Part shown: positions 50,437 through 63,789 of the stretch, one piece after another
How positions within the stretch are numbered: the first letter of the stretch is position 1
How the letters are laid out: the number at the start of each line of letters is the position of its first letter
Origin: Lama glama
Taxonomy: Eukaryota
DNA length: 64,000 nucleotides
Reading direction: 5' to 3'
NCBI GenBank assembly: GCA_028534125.1
Contig: CM052817.1
Coordinates: 102,488,001 to 102,552,000, forward strand
Notes under the pieces: generated by a model
What the model saw: the letters and a program-made list of their open reading frames with translations, nothing else
Told to the model about the DNA's origin: nothing
Database searches by the model: none
Program-made: the position numbers and the translations under genes

Positions 50437-51205
50437 AGAAAAATATTGTAAACAGGAGTATGAAAGTTTCTTTGTAAAGCATGCAAATTAAAATACTGTT
50501 TCATTTTAGAATCGGGTTTGCACATTTGGTTTTAAAATGATAATTACATATTTATTTCAACATAGTAAACATCAGTCACAATTCAGAAAAACCTACAGTT
50601 GTAAAACTTGTACAAATGCTACGTTTAAAAAGTTACTCAGTGACTTTTCTTGATAAAGGAGTAACAAACGGCTATTCTTAAAATTTGGGGATTTTGAATA
50701 CTTCTGATTCCTGAGTGGGTAATAGAACCCAGAAGTTTATGTTAAATTTTTGCATGGTAACTTTGCTAAATAGCATTTCACAAATATTAAAGCACTTGCA
50801 GACAGTGGTTACACTAGATTTGATTACCAAGGATCACTATCTGTATTAGAGTTTAGAACAATCATATAACCAGAAGCATCTAACTATTATGTAGAAAGGA
50901 ATGAAGGGCAAAAAGATTAAGATGCAAATTTTATGCAGTACTGAAGAAAAAGCAATCTACCATTGTGGTCCTTGAAAATAACTATAAATATTTTTGTTAA
51001 TTATTTGTTATAGAATAAATTGTAATTTTGCTGTTAATGTATTTGAGGTTTTTATAGTTACGCTTCATTTGTGTTTTTGATATTCACTGTATAGTTTGAG
51101 TAATAAGTGTTAACAAGTTTTTTAATGTTGAAATCATGTGTTGTTTAATTTTTGTACTTGAATTCAAATTCTTTGACATTAAATATGTGATGCTTCTAAT
51201 ATGCA
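50437..51205 (+). terminator. RBM46: RBM46 3' UTR with poly(A) signals AATAAA 51014-51019 and ATTAAA 51178-51183
   Basis: Hexamers read directly; both are followed by GT/T-rich sequence (e.g. atgttttattttcgtttatttgt after the distal one). Confidence 0.65.
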
Positions 51206-52058
51206 TATGTTTTATTTTCGTTTATTTGTATGCACAAAAAAAAATTAGCTCTCACAGTTGCCTTGACTTTCTAGGGATAATTTCCCTTACTTGGTATGCA
51301 GTTACAGACTCGGTGTCTTCATTGGGATCAAAGCAAAGGATACTGCAGAGAGAAAAATAAGTTTTGGGAAGCAGTAAAAAAAATCCTTTTCAGGATATTG
51401 AACCCAGTGACATTTCCCCCTTTTTCTTATGAATAGCTAATGAATCCAGGTCATTTTGACTGTTCAATAGTTTAGTAGTGTCCATCTGTAATAAATTTCT
51501 AATGATGGTTTACATAATTGATGGAGACAAAAATCTGTCCATTCTTAGATACCAGATATTAAGTTTGTTGATCGACTCATTGTATAGCTGTATGGGACAG
51601 AGGATTTTTCATAAATAGAATATGAAATGGTTGCAAATATTTTTTTCAACTAAAGCTTTTTCTAGCAAGAAGTTATTGGGGAGTAATTAAATGTCTCCTT
51701 TTTCCCGTCCTGTGAAGAAGGCTCAGTCCATCTGACAATATGCATTATTTACCTGTCTAGGTTGCTGCCTGGGCTTTTCTAATTTAAATGAGCACAGACG
51801 CTGCACTTAACTAGCATTACTTATTTTCTGACACCTGAGTTTGCATTTTAATTACTGTGACTCACAGGTTCATATCACTCCTTCAGCAAACATACAGTGA
51901 GTGTGTGTCAGCGCTGTGGAAATAGCCTTGGGATGCAGAGATGACTCGGATTCCAGACTCGAAGAAAAACAGATTAATTTTAGTTTTTCATGGAAATGTT
52001 TGGAATGGCCCAAATCATAATTACAAGTTCCCACATAACTTTTTCACTTAAAACTATA

Positions 52059-52252
52059 CAGTTAACCCTTGAACAATATGAGGTTTAACTGTGCACTCCC
52101 ACTTATTCATGGATTTTTTCCAGTAAATCCATACTGCAGTCATACGCTATCCAGGGCTGGCTGAATCCGCCAGTATGGAACAGTGGATATGAGAATTTCA
52201 ACTACGTGGTGCGTTGGTACCCCTAATCCCAGTGTTCTTCAAGGTTCAGCTG
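52059..52252 (+). mobile_element. MER8/Tigger2-derived MITE (second copy)
   Basis: TA|cagttaacccttgaacaa ... gttcttcaaggttcagctg|TA; internally similar to 31712-31912. Confidence 0.8.
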
Positions 52253-52959
52253 TATATCTCAGAGAGCTTACCATCCACAGAGTGCATTTGGAGATAGATA
52301 GTTAACATGGGAAATGTATAAGCTTTGGCCTCAGGTTTGGGTACCACTTCTGCCAAGTAACAGCTCTTTTAACTTGTACACAGTTTTTAACCTCTGAGCC
52401 ATACTTTCACTCTGTAAAATCATGATATAAATAAATCTTAACAATATGAAAGATAAAATGCTTGCAAAGTAGAGGACTCAAATGGTAGCTGATATTCTTT
52501 AGGTATAATTATATAAAGCATATAGTATTTATTTGTATTAGTTTTTCATTTCTTCTGTCCCCTTCAACCAGAAATAAATCATATCAAGCAGTGTCCCTTT
52601 TCTGTGATGTTGTGGCTGAGCAGTTAATTTTGTTCATACTGCTTATGATATTTCACTTGTCTTGTGAACATAGCTGCTATCTGCTGCTTTACTCTTCGTA
52701 TAGACTGTATAATAAGAGACTGATCACAAGCCATTATTGGTAAGTTTCTTAGCTATATGGTATAGCTAATTGGGCAGGGAGACACTTCTAATGACAGCCC
52801 TTTGTCAAATTGTTCAACTTTGTGCAGGGGACTATGGCTGAGATGTGGTGTATGTTCTACTAAGTAGACCTGATCCATCTTGCATAAAATCCCTTGTAAA
52901 CATAAAGATCAGAAAGTTTACGCAGAAAGTTTAACCTTGCCTCTCTTTTCTAGTTTTTC

Positions 52960-53770
52960 TTTTACAATATTGGAGTGTGAAAGATTTCCCTAACTGTGAC
53001 TCAAAATCTAGGAGCCATAATAGAAAAAGTTTGGTAAGTCCGATTTAAAAAGGAAAGCCTGCGTGGCGAGAATACCATTGGGTTGTGTCAAAAGAAATGA
53101 TAAACTTGAACAGTAACTGCGAATCATTTCACAAAGGGCTAATCTTTCAAGGTATCAATAAAAAGATCATCCACTCGAGAAAAATGGATAAAATGTATGA
53201 AGGCAGATGACAGATGTCCGGCCCTTAAACACAGAAAGATGCTTTATCTTACCCGTAAGGGAAATGCAAGCTAAAAGCTCAGATTTGCAGCCATTTGAAA
53301 GGTTCATAAATCATTGGGAAGCATTAAAGGAAACGGGCATTCTCATGCATTGCTGATAGGATTATAAATTGATATAATTCATACAGAAAGCTTTTTGGCA
53401 ACTACCGTCCAAAGTTACAAATACTTAACTTGTTTGACCCAGCAGTCCTACTTCTGGGATATACTTGCATTTGTGTGCCAAGTGATATATATATAAAAAA
53501 ATACTCATTGAAATGTTGTTTGTAACCCAAATACCCATCATTAGGGGACTGATTAATTACAATAATACATTTATTGGTGCATAGTAAGAGGTTGTACAAA
53601 AGAGTAAAAACAGTCTTTATTCCTAACACAGAAAGAGATAAGTGAAAAAGAGCAAGGTTCAGAAGTATGTGTAAGATACTATGATGTGTTTTGGGTGAAG
53701 AGGTAAAAAACTTGTGCGTGCTTATATTTGCACACCAAAATGTGGAAGGATACGGAAAACTAATTGATTA
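52960..53770 (+). mobile_element. Old L1 (L1ME-like) fragment
   Basis: ggcattctcatgcattgctgataggattataaattg...tttgacccagcagtcctacttctgggatatac...aaatacccatcattaggggactgatt. Confidence 0.7.
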
Positions 53771-54596
53771 TGAAGAAAGCATGTGAGATCACACTTTAAA
53801 AGTTCTCTCTACTCAGTGCAGTGAAATCAATTAATCTGTCATCTAAATTTGTTTTTAGGTAAAAAGACATATAAATGTTCTCAGAAACAAAATGAAGATC
53901 TCTAGTGGACCCTAATCTGAAGAAAAACACATTTGGAAAAGCTATACTAATCTATTTACTCAGTGACCAGTAGTTAATGGGTTTTAAGTAGGGAACTAGG
54001 GCAAAATAGACCCACGTGGTAAATACAGCAATGCGAGCTGCTATGTACTTCATCAGTTGTGACTCAACGGGTCCAGTGTACTGGAAATGTGTCACTACTT
54101 GTGTGTGTGGCACATAAAACCTCTGATCAGAAAAACAGGTAAGACCTCGGAGATCTGGAACAAAGCCATATTCTCTTAGGCAAATAATTCTCCTGAAATA
54201 CAGCTCTTAGTGAGTGATTAGGGTTAGTAGAAACTGACCCTTATTAACTGAGTGTCGCTTCATTGCCAAGTGCGTGTTCAGCAGCACCGCTGTCAAGTGG
54301 AAACGACATAAGGCAGTCTAAAGGACTCTCTGTGCCATGCTACTGTCCTTGCTCGTTCTCTTGTATTATAGGGGATTCTTAAAGTCAGTTGGCTAAGGGA
54401 AAAAGAATTGAAACCTAGCATCCTAAGAATAATGGAACTCACCAAAAACCAAATCTCTCTACACATTCTCTGGAAACTACAGAACAATATCAAAAGCAAA
54501 TAGAGCCATACACGATCCACACTTTTAGCATAACTAAACAACTACAGTTTGCAAACTATCTGTAAGTTAAGATATAGATATCAAATTCCAGAAGAG

Positions 54597-55116
54597 TTTT
54601 TAAATTATTATCAAGGTCAATTTTACATATAACATTGTATTAGTTGCAGGTGTGTAACATAATGATTTGATATTTATGTATATTGTGAAATGATCACCAC
54701 AATAAGTCTTAACACTCATCATCACACATCGTTATAATTTTTTCTTGTCATAAGAACTTTAAAGATCTATTCTCTTAGCAACTTTCAAATGCACAATACA
54801 GTATTATTAACTATCATCACCATGCACACATCTCATGATTGATTTATTTTATGGCCTGAAGTTTGTATTTTTTGACCCCCCACTTTTATCCATTTCACCA
54901 ATTCTCAGCCTCCATCTATTTGATTTTTGTATCTATGAGTTCCGATTTTTTGTTTATAGTTTTTTGCTTTTAGATTCCATGCATGAGATCATATAGTATT
55001 TACCTTTCTCTGTTTAACTTACTTCTCTTAGCATAATGCCCTGAAGGTTCATGTTGTCAGAAACGGCAAGATTTTCTTCTTTTTATAGCTGAATAGTTTG
55101 CCATTGTGTTTGTGTG

Positions 55117-55160
<44 letters not shown>

Positions 55161-55962
55161 ACCCCACATTTTCTTACACATTTTTCCATTATTGGACACA
55201 GGTTATTTTCACATCTTGGCTTTCTTGGCTTTTTAAATAATGCTACAGTGAACATGGGGTATGGATATCTTTTCAAGATGGAGATTTTATTTCCTTCAGA
55301 TAAACATCCAGAAGTGGCATTTCTGGATCATATGGTAGTTCTATTTTTAGTTCTATGAGGAACCTCTGTACTGTTTTGTGTAGTGGCTGCAGCAATCTAC
55401 TTTCGCACCAGTGATGCTCAAGTGTTCCCTTTCCTCCACATCCTCATCCACACTTGTTGTTTCTTGTCTTTTTGATAATAGCTGTTCTAACAGGCAAGAG
55501 GTGATAGCTTCTTGTGGGTTTGATTTGCATTCCTCTGATGATTGGTGATATTGAGCATCTTTTCATGTGCTTGTGACCATATGTATGTCTTCTTTGGAAA
55601 AGTGTTCAAATCTGCCAGTTTCAAACTGGATTGTTTGCTTTTATTGATTTGTGTGAGTTCTTTGTATATTTTGGATATTGATCCCTTATCAGATATATGA
55701 TTTGTAAATACTTTCTCCCATTTGGTAGGTTGCCTTTTCACTTTGTTGATGGTTTCCTTTGCTGTGCAGAAACTTTTTAATTTGATGTATCCCCACTTGT
55801 TTATTTGTGCTTGTTGCCTTTGCTTTTAGTGTCAAATCTAGAAGCTCATCACCAAGATCAATGTCAAGGAGCTTACTGCGTATGTTTCCTTCTAGGATTT
55901 TTATAGTTTCAGGTCTTAAGTTCAAGTCTGTAATTCATTTTGAGTTAGTTTTTGTGGATAGT
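54597..55962 (-). mobile_element. L1 3' end with ORF2 C-terminal remnants
   Basis: Minus-strand ORFs [52 protein letters not shown] and PMFTVALF are frameshifted L1 ORF2 pieces. Contains a (TC)n(AC)n microsatellite at about 55117-55161. Confidence 0.92.
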
Positions 55963-58822
55963 AGACGGGTTGTGGAAACAGCAGACCAGGCCCCTCCCCC
56001 AGCCATTGTTAAGGCTGAGCACCTGGCCTCTGTTTTTAGCTGGCAAAACAAAAGTGACTTAGAGGTTGCACAGACTAAAATATGAGCTGGAGAAGTTGAG
56101 GGGTTCGTGGTGAAGTGCAAAGCATGCATGGTTAGAGCCGTGGGGTTGTGGATGAGTGTGGGGAGCAGAGAGGATGATCAGCACACGTTTGCTGTGTGTG
56201 GTGGGGCAGTAATGGTCCCGCACAGCGCAGTGGGCAAGAGAGGGGTGAGGCTGTCTCCTCAGCCTCCAGCACCTTTTTCCTGCCTCGCCTTACTGCCAAA
56301 ATTCTACCCGTTAAGGCTCAGCTCAGATATCGCTTTCTCCAAAAGCCCTTCCTGATTTCAAGTTTGGGCTTGATGTCTCTCCTCAGTTCATTGTTGGCAT
56401 GTCTGTTTTACTGCTTAACCCTTCCGATTGGTTTGGAGCCAGCTGTGAACACGCCAGTCTCCACTTGTAAGTGGGAATCACCTGATAGTTTTGCATCTTC
56501 CATTGAGGAGCACAGCCCCTAATGCACAGAAAGTGCTCAAGAAGAATTAATTGATTTAGTTGGAAAGTGACTCAAATCCTATGCTGAAGCATCGGTGTGG
56601 TTAGTGGTAGACTTGAGAGCAGACTCGGGGTCCCTCTTAGTGCTTCACAGAGCACTTGCTAAGCACATTTTGCAAGGTCTGCTCTTACTGTCTGTGACTG
56701 CCTTTTCCTCCTGGCCTTGATTTTCTGTGTTTGATTTTATCTTACCTGATTGTAATAAATGTAGTTTTCATAAATTTTCTCAACCTTCATGGATTAAAGC
56801 AAAATACAAATAAATTTCAAAAAAAGTCTACTTACAATAAATAATGAATATGCACAACTTTTCTATTAAATGTGTCACACTGTGAAAAGGGGCCATTATA
56901 AAGGCAAATGATTGCTGCTAGATTCTCCAAGTGGTAGGACTACTCTCTCAGTGTTTCGAATGGGTCTTGAGAAATCTTCAGAAGAAAAGGAAGCCTGCTA
57001 TATATGTTTTGAAGTTTGGTAATCTGTAGGGATGGTGTGATCAGCATTTTATAGAACTCTTCTCTCATTTTTGTGCTGCTTAAGTTTCTGAACAAGTCAT
57101 CTTGAGACTTGTTCTTGGAGCTACGGATGGGGCAAAAGCCAATGAATCCAGTATAGATAAGCGATTAAGGAAATAAACTCAACTGATTTCTGTAACAGGT
57201 AAAACTAAAGTCAGTCCAAGTGAAAGGACTAGATATTTAAGAAGGTTCAACTTTGCATATAAATTTAGTGAAATTACAGGGCTCTAGTGGGCATAAACAA
57301 TTTCACTGAACTGACCTTTAACATGTGTTTCTTTTATACATCTTCTTGAGCTGAATTTTTAATTCAGGAAAGCAGAAGAAATCTTGACAGTTGGTCTGAA
57401 ATTGCAAACCAGCCGCCATTTTTCATCGTCGTGAGTGAAGCTTTAGTTACCTAGTACAATTACTAATTATGTCAATTCAAGCTTCAGAGAAAGCAGTGCT
57501 CTCAGCAGCCCATGTTAGTGCATACACAATTTCAAAAATTGGTTCTATGGTGTGTTTTTTTAAAGTAAAATCTCCTTTGGTGAACGTCTCACTCTTCAAA
57601 ACATTTAACTTGTAAATATATAGCTGCACTGGCTTTCTCTTTACTGAAGGTATGTGTATAAGCAGATCTCCACGGTGTGTACAAAATGTGACAATAAAGT
57701 CATGAAGGATTATTGTAAACAATAGTTGTATTTGGATCTACTACTGTAGGGGCCATACAAGAAAAATTGATCTCATCATTTTGGTCACTTCTCATAGCCT
57801 CAAACATTCAAGTTTGTTCAACTCATCCATCCCATTACTTCCAAATGACTTCTAGATTTTTCAAGAATTCCATCCATTAGCAGTGGATTAATGCCATGGC
57901 TGGGACTACCTTGAAGACTGGATCTGTTTCTGACTCATCTTATTGAATAATGTGTTGTCTGGTTTGTGGCAGATGCTCAACAAGTGAAAAACTGCATCTG
58001 AAGACATTCCTCAGGAATTCCTAAACTACTTCAGTGCAGAGAACTTGTCTCCAATTTCTAAGATGTCATATAGCTCAGTACTTATGGCCCACAACTGAAT
58101 ATCATACATAAGAAACCACATTCCATTTTGAGCTGGAAATGAAAACTCATTTATAGAAGTATTTCTACAACATGTGGAAAATTTAGGTGGAAATGAGTCA
58201 GAGTCAAAACAATATAATACCCAAACTTTTCAGTACTATAGTAATTTTTACTGTTCCATGTTCTTTAAAATGCATTATTTTATTTTGCATAATTCATATT
58301 GCATTGTCCTCTTAACAATCATGTAAGTCAAACAAAAAAGTTCAGGCACAGAAGGATCTAGGCTTGATGATAAAGACTAAAGTTAATGTAATTTATGGGG
58401 TGCTCAGTAAAAAAATGAACATAACACTATATAAGAAAGAATATTTGGAATGAGGAAAGAAATCACAATAAATAACAAACTTAAAATGATGATAAATACC
58501 ATAATCATCCACAAAATCTAGAAAAATAACTTTCTATTAATAAGCTACCTGACACATATCTGTAGGACATTTTTCCTACATTTCTGGCAGTATAATCTTT
58601 GATTGTCTATTTATATGACAATATTTAATGTAATTTTCTAGAGATATCAGAAAGGTAATTCATCTTTCTTTTAGCTTGTTTGATTATTGTTTTTTATGAT
58701 TGATAGTTGGGAAGCATAAAATATGTGACTTCACACCCAGTTGCATTTGTACTTTACAGACTGCTACAAGATTGTGCCCTAAAATCCAAGAATTCTGACA
58801 AATTCTATTCTGCATGATTCTT

Positions 58823-58986
58823 TTTTTATGCTTTTTAAATTGAAGTATAGTCAGTTTACAGTAGTGTGTCAGTTTCCCACCCCTTCCCTCCCCCTCCCCC
58901 TACCCCCGGTAACCGTAAGTTTGTTTTCTATGTGTGTCTGTTTCTGTTTTGTAAATAAGTTTGTTTGTCTTTTTTCCTTAAGAGAG
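58823..58986 (-). mobile_element. Short internally deleted young L1 3' UTR copy with 13-bp TSD
   Basis: T-rich start, tgaagtatagtcagtttacagtagtgtgtcagtttc (same family as 33526). CTGCATGATTCTT is duplicated at 58810-58822 and 58987-58999. Confidence 0.8.
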
Positions 58987-59354
58987 CTGCATGATTCTTA
59001 ACATAAAAATATTTATGGCTCATTGATAAGTCTATACATTGGATTATAGAATATATTCCTAAAATAATACTATATTTTTATACCAACTAGAGCCATTTAA
59101 ATAGTTATTCTGGAAATGATATATAAATTAAATATTATAGACTTCATATCACATAAAGATACAGAATTCGACTATTTGACTTCTTAGTTCTAAAGAAGTT
59201 TAAGATAGCCCTTATTGATGCATACAGGGCACCTTTATGAAACACATTTTAAATAGATGAGAAAATGAGGTAAATGAAGACAAGGTTATGGAGAAGCCAA
59301 ATATGATTGAGAAGTGACTATAAACAAGGATAATATACTAATAATCTGGGCCGA

Positions 59355-59535
59355 GGTCACGTGAATGCTGTATTCGCTGAGCAAGTTCCTTAACCCCTCT
59401 GGTCTTCGTTTTCTTATCTGTAAAATGAGGACGTTAGTGATATCTACCTCTAGAGTTCTCGTGGGTGGACTGAATCACTTACATATAAGGTCCTTAGCAC
59501 ATAATTACTACTTCATAGAACTGGCAATATTATTA
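59355..59535 (+). mobile_element. MIR SINE
   Basis: gagcaagttccttaacccctctggtcttcgttttcttatctgtaaaatgagg...tctacctc. Confidence 0.7.
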
Positions 59536-60299
59536 CTTAGATTACGAGCTTCAAACATTATTAAGGTTTATTACTAATTACTCCTTAAAATAATGATCTG
59601 CAGGTTTTTTACAGTGTAGTTTGTTCTGCTGTAACGTTTGAGGTTCTGCAGAGCAGCAGAACCAGAACAACCTACTACAGGGATCACTTTCCTTTATGCT
59701 GTGGTAATAACCATGTGTATCTGTTTGAAATCAGCTAGAGGATTTGAGTTAGTTTGAAGCTGAATTTTGTTCTCTATCCACCAAATACTTTAAAATATAC
59801 TCTTTACTGGTTACCTGCATTCAGAAGCCAAATTTCAGAGACAAGGGAGGAGGCAGAGAGAGGCATAGAAGGAAAATGTGTGCCAGTGACTGGCTTATTC
59901 ACTATTGTCACGGACGACTATTATTTGTCTTACGGTTTATTATTTCCTAGGATCTCTGACAACGTCTAATGTAAAGTATAGGCCCTCAATAAATACTTGT
60001 TAGGCTTGAATTTAGTGGTTGAGAATGTAAAACAGGAAAATGCTTGAACAGTTGTTCTGGTTTAAAAAAAAATCTATTTCTAGCCGTCTTTTCCCAGACA
60101 GTTGAACACTTTATTAGCTTCTAATGCAGATACTGAAATAGGAAATTTCACAATTAATTTTTTAAACTCATTTTATGGACTGATAATAAACTGTCTCTTC
60201 CAAAAGCTGTTTATGCTATGGGAGTAGAGGAGGCAAATCAAGAATAGGTACATTTCTGCCAGTTGCCCTGCCACTCCCAGTCACCATCTTCATCTACTT

Positions 60300-60565
60300 G
60301 GTCACAACTGGATCGCTGGCAGATCTGCTTTCCAGTTGGCAGGAAAGAATAAAGAGCCAAAGTCCCAGAAAGGCAGTTTGTGTATAAAAAGGAGATACCT
60401 GGAAGTTGTCCACTTTCCTTCCCCTCACTTCATCCCGTGGCCCACACTAAGTCACGTGGCCATGTCTGGCTGCAAAGGAGATTCAGAATGGCCATCCTTT
60501 GCTGGGCAGCCATGTGCAAGGGAAGAGGAAAGCACAGATTTTGAAGGTTAGTATAGTCTGTCACA
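60300..60565 (-). mobile_element. MLT1J/K-like LTR remnant
   Basis: agtcacgtggccatgtctggctgcaaaggag...ctgggcagccatgtgc...agtctgtcaca. Confidence 0.6.
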
Positions 60566-60999
60566 TTGGGTATGACCATTTTAAGCAGCATCAGTGATTT
60601 TTGTACTAGAATTTCTCAAAATGCTATGAGACTTTTTTTCTTCTTTAGGTAGTAAAGCTTTAGCATATTAAAAAAAAGATTCTCAAGTGAATGCCAACAT
60701 AGATCTGAGCATCTCTGTGGGAGCAGAGACAGACTGCTATGTAAGAAAGAAATAAATCATTTCCATTCAACTGTCTGTATTGGGATACTTTAGTTAGAAT
60801 AGTTTAGTGTTTACCTTAAGAAATTCAGAAATTGGTACCTGGGGACAGTGTCCCGTCATAACAAAAAATGATAATGTGTTGCGTACTAGCGGGAAAGTAG
60901 CTGGTGATGAGAAAGATACTGCAGGCTGGAATGCCCTTGAACATTTGTCATCATGTAATAAAACCTTTGGTAAAATGGTCTATTTTTTTAAAAAAATAA

Positions 61000-61900
61000 A
61001 GTCTTTTAGCAAACTAGGAATAGAAGGTAGCATTCTTATTCTCTAAAATAACTAACGCTAATGTCACACTTGGTGAAATGCTGAATTCTTTCCTTTGTGA
61101 TCAAGCAATGGACAAGCATGTTTACTATCACCACTTCCACCCGACACTTGACTCAAGGCTCCGGTGAGTTCGATAGCGCTAGAAAAAGAAATAAAAGGTA
61201 CAAGGATTAGAAGGAAGAAACACAGCGGTATTATTCACAGTCTTGTGAGAGTTTGCAAAGACAACGTATGTACATTGAATTGTACAAAGTTACCATTCAT
61301 GAAAGCATCAAAAATATGAAGCACTTTGGAATAAATCCAGCAAAATAAGTGCCAGGCTTCTACAAGTACTCTTAAGATACTTTTATTGAAAGAATCCTAT
61401 ATAAATGGAGAACTAAGTATTGTTCATAAAATGGAAGACTGTCGTTCATGCCAATTCATTTGGTGAGTCAGTGCCATCGGAATCAAAGTCGGTGCTTTGT
61501 GTGTGACTTGGCAAGCTGAGTCTAAGATTAATACAGTATACAGAAGGCCAGACTTGTCCTGAAGAAGAGCAGGTTGGAAGGATTTGCTCACTAGCTATCA
61601 AAAACTTTTTGACAGTCTAGTAACTAAGGCAGCTTGATCTTTGTGTAAAGACAGATGAGCCAGTGGAATGCACTAGAGAGCCCAGAATCACATCACGTGT
61701 ACGGGTACTTGATATGTGACAGAGGCAGACCAGGCAAGAAGAAATTTTTTATTATTTGCTGAATAATAAATAAATGATGCTGAGGCAATTCAGTATCCAT
61801 GTGAGAAAATATAAAACTTGATCCTACTTCATCTCATTCATAAAAAAGCAATTCCAAGTGGAGTAACTCTTTCCATATGATTCCAGGAGGCAAACTTTAA
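61000..61900 (+). mobile_element. Highly degenerate L1 ORF2 fragment
   Basis: ttagcaaactaggaatagaagg...aaaagaaataaaaggtacaaggattagaagg...cctgaagaagagcaggttggaagg...gagagcccagaat. Confidence 0.7.
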
Positions 61901-62689
61901 ACACTGAAATATCTCTGAAACTAGAATGTTTTCACAATCAATGACATATCATAGTTTACCAAGCAATAGTCCTTCTTCTTTGTGTGTCGAAAAAATCATT
62001 GGTGGGTCTTATATTTGATGAGGATTTAGGTTCAGTGGAATATGGTGTAACAGTTGGGGTTTGGTCAGGAAAATAAGAGTCAAAATTCCAAGAATAAAAC
62101 ATTTTAATACAGGGAATTAGAAACTTCCACAACCAGTGGAATGGCTACGGGAGTGAAGAGCAGGGAAGTTATCACTGCCAATCTTACCCATCAGTGCTTG
62201 AGAGCTCACCTGTAGGTGGCTGTAAGCCTCAGGACCCTCCAAGAAGTTATTGATCACTCCCTCAGACTGAAGCATCTCAGAAAACCACAAGCAGTGATCT
62301 CAGATACCTAGAGTACCCAACTGCTTAATTTGAAGATGTGCTTTCCTATGACCCTCTGAGGCTCTTACCCAAGTATTATAAGTATTATAAGAAAGGGATA
62401 CGCTCGGGCTAAAATTTGGTTTCCATTGTGTGTTACGTGTATACTGGGAAGAATGTAAATAGCATGTCTAACTTGCTTCCTAATGGATACTTCTCTGGGC
62501 CTGAGGAGCCACTCTGGACCAGATGGGGAAGCTGCTAATTACTCAGGGATCCTGAGTTTTGAGCTGGCTGCAGAAACTGGATGGGACTTTGAATATTTTC
62601 CCTTGGGAGAAGGGTGGTGTGTTGTATGTGTAGGTAAAATGATGTGTAGGATACTTGGGTGGACAGATGAGCAGACTATAGCCAACTGC

Positions 62690-63178
62690 AAGTTGCCTCT
62701 TTCTTCCCGGATATGTCGTAATCTAGGTAGAGAGAACATCTCCCAGTCTTCCTTGCAGCTAGGTGTGGCCATGTGGCTAACATTGGACCAGGGAGCCATG
62801 AGGAGAAGTGATATAATCAACTCATATCCCGTCTCCAGCCCAAGGACCAGTCACTTTGTTCAGGCATCAGTTCTTTTACCCTTGCAGGAACTGGAATACA
62901 GACATGCCACGGACCTGGCTATGACCATGAAGACAAGGATGATGAGACCTGGCTATGACCATGAAGACAAGGATGATGCTTTGGGCATGGCCAAGCACAA
63001 GGTACCAGGTACGCGGGTCTCAGAATGTCCATGTGGGAAGAAAGGCCCTGCCAGCCTAGAACAGCTAGACAACAATGGGATAAAGGAGTGAGTAATAATC
63101 TAGCTTATTTAAGCCATTGTATGTTGAGGTCTCTTTGATCCACATCACACTGAAATTATAACCTGACAAATACTTACA
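62690..63178 (+). mobile_element. ERVL/MaLR-type solo LTR (LTR16-like)
   Basis: tcccagtcttccttgcagctaggtgtggccatgtggctaac...tttaagccattgtatgttgaggtctcttt. Subfamily uncertain. Confidence 0.6.
62912..62978. repeat. Perfect tandem duplication, period 34 bp
   Basis: GACCTGGCTATGACCATGAAGACAAGGATGATG occurs at 62912-62944 and 62946-62978. Confidence 0.95.
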
Positions 63179-63789
63179 ATGAATGTGACTTAAAGTAATA
63201 TTTGTAGTTATTTTACCAAGCAATAAACTGATCATTTTAAAATGAGCAAATCCAAAGCCTTGTATACCTGAAATTTTCCCATGGCCCTAGGTTTTATAGA
63301 AATTTCTCTAATCCTGTGTTCCCTAAACTCCCAACAGAAGATTAACTCAGAAATGTGAATTTTTTTTTCACAGTATATCTTTACAAACAAGGCCATGGAT
63401 ATTGTAGAAGCTCAATAAACATTCTCTGATTGACTAAAGACGATGCATATGGACCAAATAAGGTGGTGTTTCAAAAGAATGTATATTTTTAATTTCATGG
63501 AAAGAAAGATAACACAATTCTTCAGTTTGGGGTAAAAGTGTTAATTTTGGCCTGGAGTTTGAAATTCCTGACTGAAGTCATTCTTCTAAGCCATAAGTGG
63601 CTTATTTTCTACACTGATGCATGTTGGATTCTATTCTTTCTGCCATAAAGCAGTCTTTGGCCATCATATGCTTTTATAACATCAGATAATCCTGAAATTT
63701 GTTTGCAGATCAGAATTTTGTCTGTGTTGTCTCCCATCATTTATTTTAGTTTTCCTGAGGTGTTTTGTCTTAATTGTAGCTGTTTTAGT

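Noticed and set aside
55049..55925. Minus-strand ORFs with protein-like sequence
   Set aside because: Frameshifted L1 ORF2 remnants, not a host gene.
58380..59050. Possible old hAT-type DNA transposon around the short L1
   Set aside because: Only a vague resemblance; I could not define TIRs or a family.
62483..63091. 202-aa plus-strand ORF
   Set aside because: Mostly LTR-derived, crosses a 34-bp (frame-shifting) duplication, and shows no domain or promoter evidence.
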